Source of the DNA: Pseudomonadota bacterium
GTDB lineage: Bacteria > Pseudomonadota > Alphaproteobacteria > UBA11222
Direction: 5' to 3'
Assembly: GCA_049325255.1 (NCBI GenBank)
Contig: JBMOMW010000057.1
Coordinates: forward strand, 3,804 to 67,803
DNA length: 64,000 nucleotides
The notes beneath the pieces were generated by a model that was not told where the DNA came from, searched no databases, and saw nothing but the letters and a program-made list of their open reading frames with translations. Position numbers and translations under genes: made by a program. Shown piece after piece: positions 37,314-46,781 of this stretch (its first letter is position 1; each line of letters begins with the position of its first letter).

Positions 37314-37401
37314 GTCGCCCCCAATGGCCAGTTTCTACGCATGGCTCACAGGTTGCACCCGGCGGGGGAAATCCGTCAACTATAAAATGATCTTCAGGAA
37401 A

Positions 37402-37415
37402 TTGACTGTAATCAA
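37402..37415. promoter_or_regulatory. FNR box TTGACtgtaATCAA upstream of fnr paralog 2 and divergent from the small Met-rich protein gene
   Basis: Read directly, about 90 nt upstream of the fnr-2 start codon. Confidence 0.55.
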
Positions 37416-37727
37416 TTCATTAGCTGGCAATTGTAATTAGTTTGAGAATGTCTTTTCGTAACGTCACGGAAGGATGTTAACCCAACCCCACCCTTTCCCT
37501 GGATGTAATCGTTGCATTCCGGGGATTTTTTTGTGCTGCGCGCTTGTTAGTGCGCCTGCTCAAAGCCAGCATCGCGGCGGCGGTGTGCGCCTTCCAATTT
37601 TATCAATTCCAGCGTGACCGGCGCCGGGAAAATGAGTTGATTAAAATCAAAGCCATCCAGGCCTCGTAATGATCAAATTCACATTGGTGGAGTTTTAATG
37701 GTTCACATAACAGGAAGGAGCATCAGG

Positions 37728-38030
37728 ATGAATAACATTCTAAAAATACTGGCGGCCGGCGCTATTCTGGCGCTTCCGCTGACAGCTAGCGCTGCAGACA
37801 CAGCCGCGCAACCAGGCACGCCGCCGCAAAACACGCCTGTCTATCCCTGCTGGGATATGATGAAGGATGGCAAGATGACGCCAATGCGCGGCATGTGGCA
37901 TGGAACCGGTCCCGGCAATGCGCAAGGCGGCATGATGATGATGAACGCCCAGGAAGTGCAGCGCATGCAAAAGGAAATCGAGACATTGCGCAAGCAGGTA
38001 ACAGAAATGCAGAACAAACAGCCAAAGTAA
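37728..38030 (+). CDS. small secreted Met-rich protein with C-terminal coiled coil
   Basis: Strong RBS AGGAAGGAG. Signal peptide MNNILKILAAGAILALPLTASA. MMKDGKMTPMRGMWHG...GGMMMM motifs. C-terminal heptad-like QRMQKEIETLRKQVTEMQ. Confidence 0.5.
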   Translation: MNNILKILAAGAILALPLTASAADTAAQPGTPPQNTPVYPCWDMMKDGKMTPMRGMWHGTGPGNAQGGMMMMNAQEVQRMQKEIETLRKQVTEMQNKQPK

Positions 38031-38054
38031 CAACCTCTGCTGGAGGCTCAAAAA

Positions 38055-38621
38055 ATGCAAGTCCCCTATGAAATTACATTTGACGGCATGGACCCCTCGG
38101 ACGCCGTGCGTGCGCGGGTTCAAAAAGAAATCGACAGGCTGGAGCGGTTCCATGACCGCATCACCTCGTGCCGCATCGCCATCACGGCGCCGGGTAAACA
38201 CAAGCGTCAGGGGGGCCTGTACGATGTAAGAATTTTCATGGCCATCCCCGGTGGTGGCGAAGTCAGTGCGCAACGCAATCCTGTCAACAATCATGCGCAT
38301 GAAGATGTCTATGTTGCGATCCGTGACGCCTTCGCGGCTGCGCGCCGTCAATTGCAGGACAAGGACCGCAAGATCGAAAATAACGTCAAGGCGCATGAGA
38401 CGCCGCCGCATGGCCGTATCGCCCGCATATTCTATTATGAAGGCTATGGCTTCATCGAAACCCCGGACGGCGGCGAGGTGTATTTTCATCGCAACAGCGT
38501 AACCGGTACGAAGTTTGAGAAGCTGGAAGCCGGGCATGAGGTGCGTTTTACCGAGGAACTTGGCGAAAAGGGACCGCAGGCAAGTGTTGTGCATCTGATT
38601 GGTAATCACCATCCGGTTTGA
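38055..38621 (+). CDS. ribosome hibernation factor (HPF/RaiA, sigma-54 modulation protein domain) fused to a C-terminal cold-shock domain
   Basis: N-terminal ~100 aa are HPF-like (YEITFDGMDPSDAVRARVQKEIDRLERFHDRITSCRIAI). C-terminal GRIARIFYYEGYGFIETPDGGEVYFHRNSV is a CSD (RNP1-like GYGFI). Confidence 0.75.
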   Translation: MQVPYEITFDGMDPSDAVRARVQKEIDRLERFHDRITSCRIAITAPGKHKRQGGLYDVRIFMAIPGGGEVSAQRNPVNNHAHEDVYVAIRDAFAAARRQLQDKDRKIENNVKAHETPPHGRIARIFYYEGYGFIETPDGGEVYFHRNSVTGTKFEKLEAGHEVRFTEELGEKGPQASVVHLIGNHHPV

Positions 38622-38681
38622 TCATCTGGTAAATGCACGAATCTCAAATGCTCTTCGAGAGTGGGCGCGCGTGTGGGCCGT

Positions 38682-38930
38682 TCATCCGTTCACTTTCTGA
38701 AGCAGGTAAGCCACGGCGCCATCAAGCGTTGCAAGCTTTGGATAATCGCTTTCCGGAATTTCGACATTGAGCGACTTGTGCAGGGCGATGACGAAATTGA
38801 GAAAGTCCATGGAATCGATATCAAGCTCATCGTGCAGATCCGCGCCGGGATCGGCGTTCTCGGGCGCACATCCTGGTGCGACACTCTCAAGCTCGGCAAA
38901 TACCCGCGCCAATATTTCATCCCGGGTCAT
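38682..38930 (-). CDS. acyl carrier protein-like (phosphopantetheine-attachment DIDSMD motif)
   Basis: 82-aa acidic four-helix-type sequence with LDIDSMDFLNFV. Last gene of an operon; its start sits 4 nt from the E2 stop. Confidence 0.55.
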   Translation of the reverse strand: MTRDEILARVFAELESVAPGCAPENADPGADLHDELDIDSMDFLNFVIALHKSLNVEIPESDYPKLATLDGAVAYLLQKVNG

Positions 38931-40138
38931 AGCTTTTCAGGCTCCTGCAAAAGTGCTGCGATCTCCGACAGAAAGCGCGCGCCGAGATGGCCGTCTGTCA
39001 CCCTGTGATCGGCGGCAAGGCTTGCGAGCATGACAGGCTCTACCGCAAGTCCGCCATCGGCATGTGCGACGGGCGCAAGGTGCGGTGCGCCAAATCCGAC
39101 AATCGCCACCTGCGGCGGAAAGATAACGCCAAACACGCCATCAACGCCACGTTCTCCAAGCGCCGTAACCGTGATCGCCGGGTCTGACATTTCGGAGCTT
39201 CGAAGGGATCCCGCGCGCACCCGCGCAACCAGATCGCGCAAGGCGATCATGATTTCATCCAGCGATTTTTGATCACAGTCGTGGATGGCGGGCGCAATCA
39301 GGCCGCCGCCGCGTATGGCGATGGCCGGACCAATATGAACGCCTTGCGCCTGCATGAAGCCGTCTTTCAAATAAAAGCCGTTAAACCTGGGATAGGCTTT
39401 CACGGCCTGCGCCACCGCTTTCAGCAGAAGCACATTCATCAGCAGGCGCTTTTCCGGCTTGCGGCTGCGATTGGTATCGGCAAGCCATTCGGTGGCGCAT
39501 CGTAAATTGATTTGCGTACTGAGATAATAATGCGGGATTTCCCGTTTTGACCGCGCCATGGCGGCGGCGATCGCATGGCGCATTTTGTCGAAATCCAGAC
39601 CGGGCTTTGTTTTGCGCGCAGGCGCAGGCGCGGGCCCGGCTGCGGCGCCACGCACCGCATCGGCACGCAATATGGCGCCGCCAGGTTTTCCCGGCGTAAT
39701 CGCGGCAAGATCAACCCCATGTTCGCGGGCATAGGCGCGGGCGGCGGGCGACGCCTTGACCCGCGCCTGCGCAGACCTGGCGATAGGCGTCAGCGGGGCC
39801 TGCGCAACTGGCGGTGGCCCCGTCTGGACGGCAGCCATGGCGGCCATGGCAGGCTCTGGCGCCAGGGCAGGTGCGGTTATGGATGTCGCGGCTTCTTCTT
39901 TATCCGTAGCTATCAGCGCAAGCGGCATCCCAACCGGAACGGTGGCCCCTTCCTGCACCAGCCATTGATTGAGGACGCCTGCGGCAAAAATTTCAATCTC
40001 GATCGCGCCTTTCTCGGTTTCGACAACCGCGACAATATCACCGCGCGCGATGGCGTCGCCCGGCTTCTTCAGCCATTCGGCCAGCGTACCCGCCTCCATA
40101 TCCGCCCCCAAAGAAGGCATGCGGAATTCATACATCAC
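38927..40138 (-). CDS. 2-oxoacid dehydrogenase E2 component (dihydrolipoamide acyltransferase)
   Basis: N-terminal lipoyl domain ([12 protein letters not shown]), E3-binding region, C-terminal catalytic motif DHRVTDG. Confidence 0.85.
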   Translation of the reverse strand: MMYEFRMPSLGADMEAGTLAEWLKKPGDAIARGDIVAVVETEKGAIEIEIFAAGVLNQWLVQEGATVPVGMPLALIATDKEEAATSITAPALAPEPAMAAMAAVQTGPPPVAQAPLTPIARSAQARVKASPAARAYAREHGVDLAAITPGKPGGAILRADAVRGAAAGPAPAPARKTKPGLDFDKMRHAIAAAMARSKREIPHYYLSTQINLRCATEWLADTNRSRKPEKRLLMNVLLLKAVAQAVKAYPRFNGFYLKDGFMQAQGVHIGPAIAIRGGGLIAPAIHDCDQKSLDEIMIALRDLVARVRAGSLRSSEMSDPAITVTALGERGVDGVFGVIFPPQVAIVGFGAPHLAPVAHADGGLAVEPVMLASLAADHRVTDGHLGARFLSEIAALLQEPEKL

Positions 40139-42132
40139 TGGCTCATAAGCTTTTGCGCCGCAGCAATAATGGCCGGTATCTGCGGCAGCGCGGCTTCTTC
40201 AAGGTGGCGCGGATAGGGGATGGGAACCTCTGCGCTGCACACCCGCGCGACCGGCGCGTCCAGTTCCCAGAAGGCCTGCTCAACGATGACGGCGAAAATC
40301 TCCGCCGAAATACTACCTGTGCGCCAGCCCTCGTCAACGATCAGGGCGCGGCGCGTTTTGGCGACGGAAGCGATGATCGTTGCGGTGTCGAGCGGACGCA
40401 AAACGCGCAGATCGATCACCTCGGCATTGATGCCCTGGGCGGCAAGCGCGCCGGCCGCAGCAAGTGTTTTGGGAAGCGATCCACCATAGGTAATCAGCGT
40501 CACATCGCTGCCGGGGCGGCGGATGGCGGCTTTGGAAATATTCACCGCGCCCGCATTCTCCGGCAATGCGCCTTGCGTATTATACAGCATGACATGCTCG
40601 AAAATCAGAACCGGATCCGGGTCTTCCAGCGCCGTCAGCACCATGCCGAACACATCTTCATGCGTGGCGGGCGCAAGCACCTTGATGCCGGGAATATGCG
40701 CGAACCACCCCTCAAGACTGTGTGAATGTTGTGCGGCAAGCTGGCGTCCCGCGCCTGTCGCCATGCGCAGCACCAGCGGAACGCCGAATTGCCCGCCCGA
40801 CATATGCCGGATGGTGGCGGCGCTGTTGACGATCTGATCAAGCGCGAGAAGCGAAAAATTAACCGTCATCACCTCGACGATGGGCCGCATGCCGGACATT
40901 GCAGCGCCTATGCCCGCACCCACAAAACCGGACTCGGAAAGCGGCGTGTCGCGTATCCGCTCAGGCCCGAATTCGGCGAGCATGCCTTTCGACACCGCAT
41001 AACAGCCGCCATAGCGGCCAATATCCTCGCCCATCATAAAAACCTGCGGATCGCGCATAAACGCCGCACGCAATCCTTCGCGCGCCGCATCCCGATAGGT
41101 CAGTTTACCCGCTGGCGCAGTGATTACTGACGGAACAGCGGAGGCGGCTGTGCTGTAAACATGCTCTGCCAGCGTTTCAACAGGTTCCCACGGCGCCGCA
41201 TCAGCGAAACTTACGGCGTCCTTGATCTCTGCGTCTACCGCCTGCTCAACCGTCTGTAGTGCTTCGTCATGGGCGAGATGCGCATCGTGCAGCCAGGCGC
41301 GAAACCGCAGCAGCGGGTCTTTTGCTTTCCAGGCTTCGACCTCCGCCTTGTCACGATACAGTTGCGGATCAAACATGGAATGTGCGCGGAAGCGATAGGT
41401 CCGGCATTCAAGGAAATAGGGGCCATCTCCATTGCGAATGGCCGCGACGGCGCGGTGGGCAGTGGCGGCGAGCGCTACGACATCCATGCCATCGATCACC
41501 TCCGACGGCATATTGTAGCTCTGCGCCTTGAGGTGAATGTCCGGTTGCGATTCAGAAAGATCGAGCCTTGTTCCCATCGCATACAGGTTATTCTCGCAGA
41601 CGAACAGCACCGGCAGTTTCCAGAGCGCTGCAAGATTGAGGCTTTCATGAAACTCACCCTCGGCTGCCGCGCCCTCGCCGAAGAAGCAGGCAGCTATGCT
41701 GTCCTGTCCCTGCATCTTGTCGGCAAGGGCTGCGCCAACCGCAAGCGGCAGGCCGCCGCCGACAATGGCGTTGCCGCCATAAAACCGCGTAGTCTTGTCG
41801 AAAAGATGCATGGAGCCGCCGCGCCCGCCGCTGCACCCCGCCGCCTTGCCAAACATCTCGGCCATAATGGCGCGCATCGGAATGCCGCGCGCCAGGGCAT
41901 GACCATGCTCGCGATAGGTTGAAACAATGGTGTCATCGGTGCGCAATACCCGCATGATGGCTGCGGCGATGGCTTCCTCGCCAATCGCCAGATGCAGAAA
42001 GCCGCGAATTTTTTCCGCCTGATAAAGCTCGGCGCATTTTTCCTCAAAACGCCGGATGCGCAGCATCTGCCGGTAGAACTCCAGCAGTTCATCATGGGTC
42101 AGACGGAATTTCGGCCCTGTCGCCGCTGTCAT
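40135..42132 (-). CDS. fused E1 alpha/beta component of a pyruvate/acetoin-type 2-oxoacid dehydrogenase (TPP-dependent)
   Basis: 665 aa. N-terminal half has the E1-alpha TPP motif ([31 protein letters not shown]). C-terminal half is E1-beta/transketolase-like. Confidence 0.85.
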   Translation of the reverse strand: MTAATGPKFRLTHDELLEFYRQMLRIRRFEEKCAELYQAEKIRGFLHLAIGEEAIAAAIMRVLRTDDTIVSTYREHGHALARGIPMRAIMAEMFGKAAGCSGGRGGSMHLFDKTTRFYGGNAIVGGGLPLAVGAALADKMQGQDSIAACFFGEGAAAEGEFHESLNLAALWKLPVLFVCENNLYAMGTRLDLSESQPDIHLKAQSYNMPSEVIDGMDVVALAATAHRAVAAIRNGDGPYFLECRTYRFRAHSMFDPQLYRDKAEVEAWKAKDPLLRFRAWLHDAHLAHDEALQTVEQAVDAEIKDAVSFADAAPWEPVETLAEHVYSTAASAVPSVITAPAGKLTYRDAAREGLRAAFMRDPQVFMMGEDIGRYGGCYAVSKGMLAEFGPERIRDTPLSESGFVGAGIGAAMSGMRPIVEVMTVNFSLLALDQIVNSAATIRHMSGGQFGVPLVLRMATGAGRQLAAQHSHSLEGWFAHIPGIKVLAPATHEDVFGMVLTALEDPDPVLIFEHVMLYNTQGALPENAGAVNISKAAIRRPGSDVTLITYGGSLPKTLAAAGALAAQGINAEVIDLRVLRPLDTATIIASVAKTRRALIVDEGWRTGSISAEIFAVIVEQAFWELDAPVARVCSAEVPIPYPRHLEEAALPQIPAIIAAAQKLMSQ

Positions 42133-43886
42133 GGCGCGCCCTCTAATGTCGATATATCGCCTTCCGGCAAGCCAAGTTCGCGCGCCTTAAGCAACCGGCG
42201 CATGATCTTGCCACTGCGCGTCTTTGGAAGATTCCCGGTAAACTCCAGAAACTTTGGCGCGACAGCGGGCCCAAGGCGCTTGCGCGTATATCCCAAAATA
42301 TCTTTTCTGATTTCCTCGCTTGGCGCAATGCCAGGTTTGAGTGCGACGAAAGCCTTCACAACTTCGCCTGCCACCTCATCCGGCAACCCGATGACAGCGG
42401 CTTCCGCGATGGCTGGATGTTCGGTCAATGCGCTTTCAACCTCGAACGGGCCGATAAGATGCCCGGCCGATTTGATAAGATCGTCTGCCCTTCCGACGAA
42501 CCAGAAATATCCATCTGCATCCTGCATCGCCAGATCACCGGTCAGATACCAGCCGTTACGAAAATGTTTCTGATAACGTTCTTCCTCATGCAGATACCCG
42601 CGAAACATCGAAGGCCAGCCTGTCTTAAGCGCCAGCTCGCCCACCGTCATCGGTTTGCTGGTGATCTCAATGCGGCCTTCTTCAGTCGCATTAACGATTG
42701 CCGCCTCCATCCCTGGCAACGGACGTCCCATGGAACCAGGTTTCACGTCCATCGACGCGTAATTGGCAATCATGATGCCGCCGGTTTCCGTCTGCCACCA
42801 ATTGTCGTGGAACGGCAGGCCAAATTTTTCGTTGCTCCAGACCACGGCGTCGGGATTAAGCGGCTCGCCGACGCTCGCCATAAAGCGCAGACTATGGCGG
42901 GTTGGCGGGGGCACGGAATCTTCGCTTTTCATCAGCATACGGATGGCGGTCGGCGCGGTATACCAGATTGTCACCTTTTCTTCCTGGAGAATGCGGTACC
43001 AGCGCGCGGCGTCAAATTCGGCCTCATCGACGATCATGGTGAGCCCATTGGTCAGCGGGGCGATAATACCGTAAGAGGTGCCCGTCACCCAGCCGGGGTC
43101 GGCCGTGCACCAGAAAATATCGTCCGGGTGCATATCCAGCGCAAATTGCCCGGTCACGTGATGGGCGATCACTGCGGCATGTACGTGGATGGCGCCTTTG
43201 GGCCGCCCGGTCGTGCCGCTGGTGAAATGCAGCAGCGCGCGGTCCTCCGGCATGGTCTGCACCAGCGCCGGTCCGCCGCCGGCTTTTTGCAGGGCCTGGC
43301 TCCAGCCAATCACGCCGTCTTCCTTGGAATCACCGGCATCAATAAGGATAATGTGTTTCAGCGATGGCAGCTCCCGCCACCAGTTCGCCACCTTGCGCTC
43401 AAAGAGCCGCTGGGTGGTGACAAGCACGGCGGCGTCTCCGCGCTCCATCCGTGTGCGAATGGGTTCCGGCCCGAAGGCCGAAAACATCGGGCAGAACACG
43501 CTGCCGTTTTTCAGAGTTCCGAGCGCCGCGATATAAAGTTCAGGAACCCGGCCAGCCAGGACGAAAACAGCATCGTCTTTGCCAACGCCAAGCGCCTTCA
43601 GCGCATTGGCGAAACGATCTGTCCCGGTAGAAAGTTCTGCATAGCAAATGTCACGCCGTACATTGTCTTTTGAGATCCAGCGAATGGCGGTCTTGCCGCC
43701 AAGACCGTGAAGGACGTGCCGGTCGACTGCCTCATAGGCAATATTCAACCTGCCATCCGGCAAACCGTCAAGATCACCGCGCGCTTCCGCCCACGAAAAA
43801 TTCCGGCGTGCTTCCTCGTAGTTCTCGAGGTTGGGCGGTATGGCGAAAGAACCGCCCTTGCGGATGATAGGTGTTTCATTTGGCAC
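42129..43886 (-). CDS. AMP-forming acyl-CoA synthetase (acetyl/propionyl-CoA synthetase-like)
   Basis: AMP-binding motifs [10 protein letters not shown], YGxTE-like and a C-terminal lysine region. First gene of a 4-gene operon with 4-nt ATGA overlaps. Confidence 0.85.
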   Translation of the reverse strand: MPNETPIIRKGGSFAIPPNLENYEEARRNFSWAEARGDLDGLPDGRLNIAYEAVDRHVLHGLGGKTAIRWISKDNVRRDICYAELSTGTDRFANALKALGVGKDDAVFVLAGRVPELYIAALGTLKNGSVFCPMFSAFGPEPIRTRMERGDAAVLVTTQRLFERKVANWWRELPSLKHIILIDAGDSKEDGVIGWSQALQKAGGGPALVQTMPEDRALLHFTSGTTGRPKGAIHVHAAVIAHHVTGQFALDMHPDDIFWCTADPGWVTGTSYGIIAPLTNGLTMIVDEAEFDAARWYRILQEEKVTIWYTAPTAIRMLMKSEDSVPPPTRHSLRFMASVGEPLNPDAVVWSNEKFGLPFHDNWWQTETGGIMIANYASMDVKPGSMGRPLPGMEAAIVNATEEGRIEITSKPMTVGELALKTGWPSMFRGYLHEEERYQKHFRNGWYLTGDLAMQDADGYFWFVGRADDLIKSAGHLIGPFEVESALTEHPAIAEAAVIGLPDEVAGEVVKAFVALKPGIAPSEEIRKDILGYTRKRLGPAVAPKFLEFTGNLPKTRSGKIMRRLLKARELGLPEGDISTLEGAP

Positions 43887-44037
43887 GGCGCGGCGGCGCC
43901 TTTTTTATTAGGGTAAAACGGCCCTGTTGAAGCAGCATGCGACCGCGCGCCTTCGCCGAATCGCCACAACAGCCCTCCAAGCACCAATTCCCAATATATT
44001 CCTGAAAAATGATCCTAGACAGGGCACCTCTATATTT

Positions 44038-44051
44038 CCTTGATTTGCATC
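44038..44051. promoter_or_regulatory. perfect FNR box TTGATTTGCATCAA in the divergent promoter between the acyl-CoA synthetase operon and the APH-like kinase gene
   Basis: Read directly. Identical to the 32742 box. Confidence 0.6.
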
Positions 44052-44123
44052 AACTTCTGGTACAATGAATCGATGTTGCCAAGCAAAGCCGCCAGTGGCC
44101 GATTAAAAAGACGACGGTAACAA

Positions 44124-45161
44124 TTGATCAGGCCCCAGGAAATCTCTATCGAAGAAAAGGTGCGATTCCTGCAGCATCCGGCTGCCTATGGGCAACCGGG
44201 CACAGCGGAAGTGCTGGTCAAGGAAACGCATATGTCATGGGTGTTTCTGACCGGCGCGCGCGTTTACAAACTCAAGAAACCAGTCCGTTATGATTTCCTT
44301 GATTTCAGCACCCTTGATGCGCGCGAAAGAAATTGCCGCGAAGAAGTCCGGCTCAACCGCCGGCTGGCGGAAAATGTCTATCTCGGCGTTCTGCCGCTAA
44401 CGCTGAGCAGTAAAGGCGAACTTGCCATCGGCGGTGAGGGGCCATCGGTCGACTGGCTCGTCTTGATGCGCCGCCTCCCCTTGGATCGCATGCTGGATCA
44501 AGCCATCGAGAGGAGCACAGTCAGCCGCGCTGAAATCATCTCCGTCGCAGACCGGCTTTCGGATTTTTACGGACTTGCGCCGCCTGCGGAACTGACGCCG
44601 GAGGCTTATGTAGAGCAGTTCATCCGCGAGCAGGCGCAGACGCGGGCGGTGCTCACAGACCGGACTTTTGACTTGGACGGCGCGCGGATCGGGAAAATTC
44701 TTGGCGGCATAGAGGATATATTGTTTGCGCAATCTGAACTTCTGAAGGCGCGTGTTGAAGGTGGCAGGATCATTGAGGGACATGGGGATCTGCGGCCTGA
44801 ACATGTATGTCTCAATACGCCCCCGGTCATCATCGATTGCCTGGAGTTCAACCGGGGATTCCGGCTGGTTGATCCGGCCGACGAACTGACTTTTCTTGGC
44901 CTTGAATGCGAGCATCTCGGGGCGGGCTGGATTGGACCAGCGCTGTTAAACCGCTACACTGAGCGGCTTGGCGATACGCCATCGGCCAGGCTTATCGCGT
45001 TCTACCGCAGCCACCGCGCCTGCCTGCGGGCGCGCCTGTCACTGGTTCATATTCTGGAGCACGACCCGCGCAAACCGGAACACTGGCTGCCCCTGGCGCG
45101 CCACTATCTGGAACTGGCCGATACGACCGAACTCAATCCCGGCTTTCCAGAATCTCATTGA
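44124..45161 (+). CDS. aminoglycoside-phosphotransferase-like kinase (Rv2004c-like N-terminal family)
   Basis: HGDLRPEHV catalytic-loop motif. N-terminal SWVFLTGARVYKLKKPV...FLDFST...R motif is typical of the dormancy-associated APH-like family. Start could be the ATG near 44230. Confidence 0.65.
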   Translation: MIRPQEISIEEKVRFLQHPAAYGQPGTAEVLVKETHMSWVFLTGARVYKLKKPVRYDFLDFSTLDARERNCREEVRLNRRLAENVYLGVLPLTLSSKGELAIGGEGPSVDWLVLMRRLPLDRMLDQAIERSTVSRAEIISVADRLSDFYGLAPPAELTPEAYVEQFIREQAQTRAVLTDRTFDLDGARIGKILGGIEDILFAQSELLKARVEGGRIIEGHGDLRPEHVCLNTPPVIIDCLEFNRGFRLVDPADELTFLGLECEHLGAGWIGPALLNRYTERLGDTPSARLIAFYRSHRACLRARLSLVHILEHDPRKPEHWLPLARHYLELADTTELNPGFPESH

Positions 45162-46113
45162 CCGATCCTCCCTCGCGCAACACGCGGATCGTTTCGGCAA
45201 ACAGCGGCGCGGCGCTGACGATTTTGACATGGCCTGCAAGCACATCTTTGCCGAGCCGGAACGGCGGAAGGGAGTCGGTGATGAATAACCTGGCGAGATC
45301 GGGATGGCGCAGGGTGCCTGCTGCATCACCCGTAAACAGCCCATGGGCCGCAAACCCATAAACCGCCGTTGCGCCCGCTTGGCGGCAAGCCTGAGCCGCG
45401 CGAAGCATCGTTCCGCCGCCGCCGATCAGATCATCGAGGATCAGAACCGCCGCGCCGCTTACGTCGCCGGCCAGAAGCGTGCCGCTGACTTTTCCGGCGC
45501 TGCGGCGCTTGTCCATGAAGGCGCCGCCAACGGGCCGGCCAAGCGCCGTTTCCAGCGCCTCGCGAAACAGTTGCGCGCGCTTTACGCCGCCGGGGTCGGG
45601 CGATGCGACCACCAGTGGTTCGCTGCCAGCAAGTTCGCCTGCGCATTTGGTAAATAAACGCCTCGTGTCGAGATGAACCGTCCGGCAGCGAAAGGCGTTC
45701 TGGAAGGCGACGATATTGTGGACTTCCAGCGTGACGACGCAGTCAGTCCCAACGGCTTCCAGAAGCTGTGCGATATAGCGTGTTGTCACCGGATCATGGC
45801 TTTTGGTCTGCCGGTCCTTCCGGGCATAGGCCAGATAGGGAATGACCGCCGTTACGCGCGCCGCGCCGTTTTCCTTCATCGTCGCGATAAAAAAAAGCAG
45901 CCGGCAAAGCTTGTCGTTTGGCGACTGCTCCGGACCGCCATACAGGCTTTGGATAATATAGACATCCTCGCCGCGCACGCTCACCAGCGGCCGCGCCTTG
46001 TGCTCGCCATCCTCAAACTCGCGCTCTTCGTGCGCATCAAGCGTGACGCCAAGCGCCCTTGCTACCTTTTCGCCGAAGGTCCGGCTGGCATTGAGAGCAA
46101 ACAGTTTCATCAC
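45133..46113 (-). CDS. ribose-phosphate pyrophosphokinase-like protein (Prs family, divergent)
   Basis: Prs-like N-domain (FEDGEHKARP) and PRPP-binding loop VLILDDLIGGGGTM. 326 aa. Confidence 0.75.
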   Translation of the reverse strand: MMKLFALNASRTFGEKVARALGVTLDAHEEREFEDGEHKARPLVSVRGEDVYIIQSLYGGPEQSPNDKLCRLLFFIATMKENGAARVTAVIPYLAYARKDRQTKSHDPVTTRYIAQLLEAVGTDCVVTLEVHNIVAFQNAFRCRTVHLDTRRLFTKCAGELAGSEPLVVASPDPGGVKRAQLFREALETALGRPVGGAFMDKRRSAGKVSGTLLAGDVSGAAVLILDDLIGGGGTMLRAAQACRQAGATAVYGFAAHGLFTGDAAGTLRHPDLARLFITDSLPPFRLGKDVLAGHVKIVSAAPLFAETIRVLREGGSVNEILESRD

Positions 46114-46781
46114 CGTGTACGTCTGGCGCCGGGTGGGGGATGCGGAGCGGGCGCCTGCGCCATTAGCGCGCGCATCTCTTCGTCGTCTATCTGATGGAAA
46201 TCCTGATAATAAAGGCCGATTGCCCCGAAATAGTCATGCGTTTCAAGGCAGACGATCTCGTCGACCGTGTGCTTCAGGGCTGCGATCGTGTCCGCCGGCG
46301 CGACCGGCGCCGCTAGCACGAGCTTTTTTGGGGCAAGCGCCCGGACGGCGAGAATGGCCGCTTTGATTGTTGCGCCCGTCGCTATGCCGTCATCGACGAT
46401 AATTGCCGTTTGCCCCGGGATGCTGACGCGCGGCCTGCCAGCAAGATAGGTCTGCTGGCGGCGTTTGATTTCCGCAAGCTGCCGCTGCTTCTCTGCCTCG
46501 ATATAGGCAGGGGAAATATCAAGTTGGGCTATAATATCCTCGTTGAGGACAAGCTGTGGTTTTTCGCCGTCGACTACGGCGCCGATGGCAAGCTCCGGCT
46601 GCGATGGCGCGCCAAGCTTGCGCACGATAATGAGGTCGAGCGGCGCGTTGAGCAGCTTCGCGATTTCAAGCCCGACGGGCACACCGCCGCGCGGCAGCGC
46701 CAGCACGCAAGCATTCTTATTCTTGTAACCCATCAGCCTGGCCGCCAGGCGTTGGCCTGCTTCTTCACGGTTGGCGAACAT
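46110..46781 (-). CDS. phosphoribosyltransferase-domain protein
   Basis: PRTase type I PRPP-binding motif TAIIVDDGIATGATIKAA. 4-nt overlap with the downstream prs-like gene. Confidence 0.75.
   Translation of the reverse strand: MFANREEAGQRLAARLMGYKNKNACVLALPRGGVPVGLEIAKLLNAPLDLIIVRKLGAPSQPELAIGAVVDGEKPQLVLNEDIIAQLDISPAYIEAEKQRQLAEIKRRQQTYLAGRPRVSIPGQTAIIVDDGIATGATIKAAILAVRALAPKKLVLAAPVAPADTIAALKHTVDEIVCLETHDYFGAIGLYYQDFHQIDDEEMRALMAQAPAPHPPPGARRTR

Noticed and set aside
37740-38612. 290-aa minus-strand ORF opposite the HPF-CSD gene
   Set aside because: Antisense to a gene with clear HPF and cold-shock motifs. No independent support.
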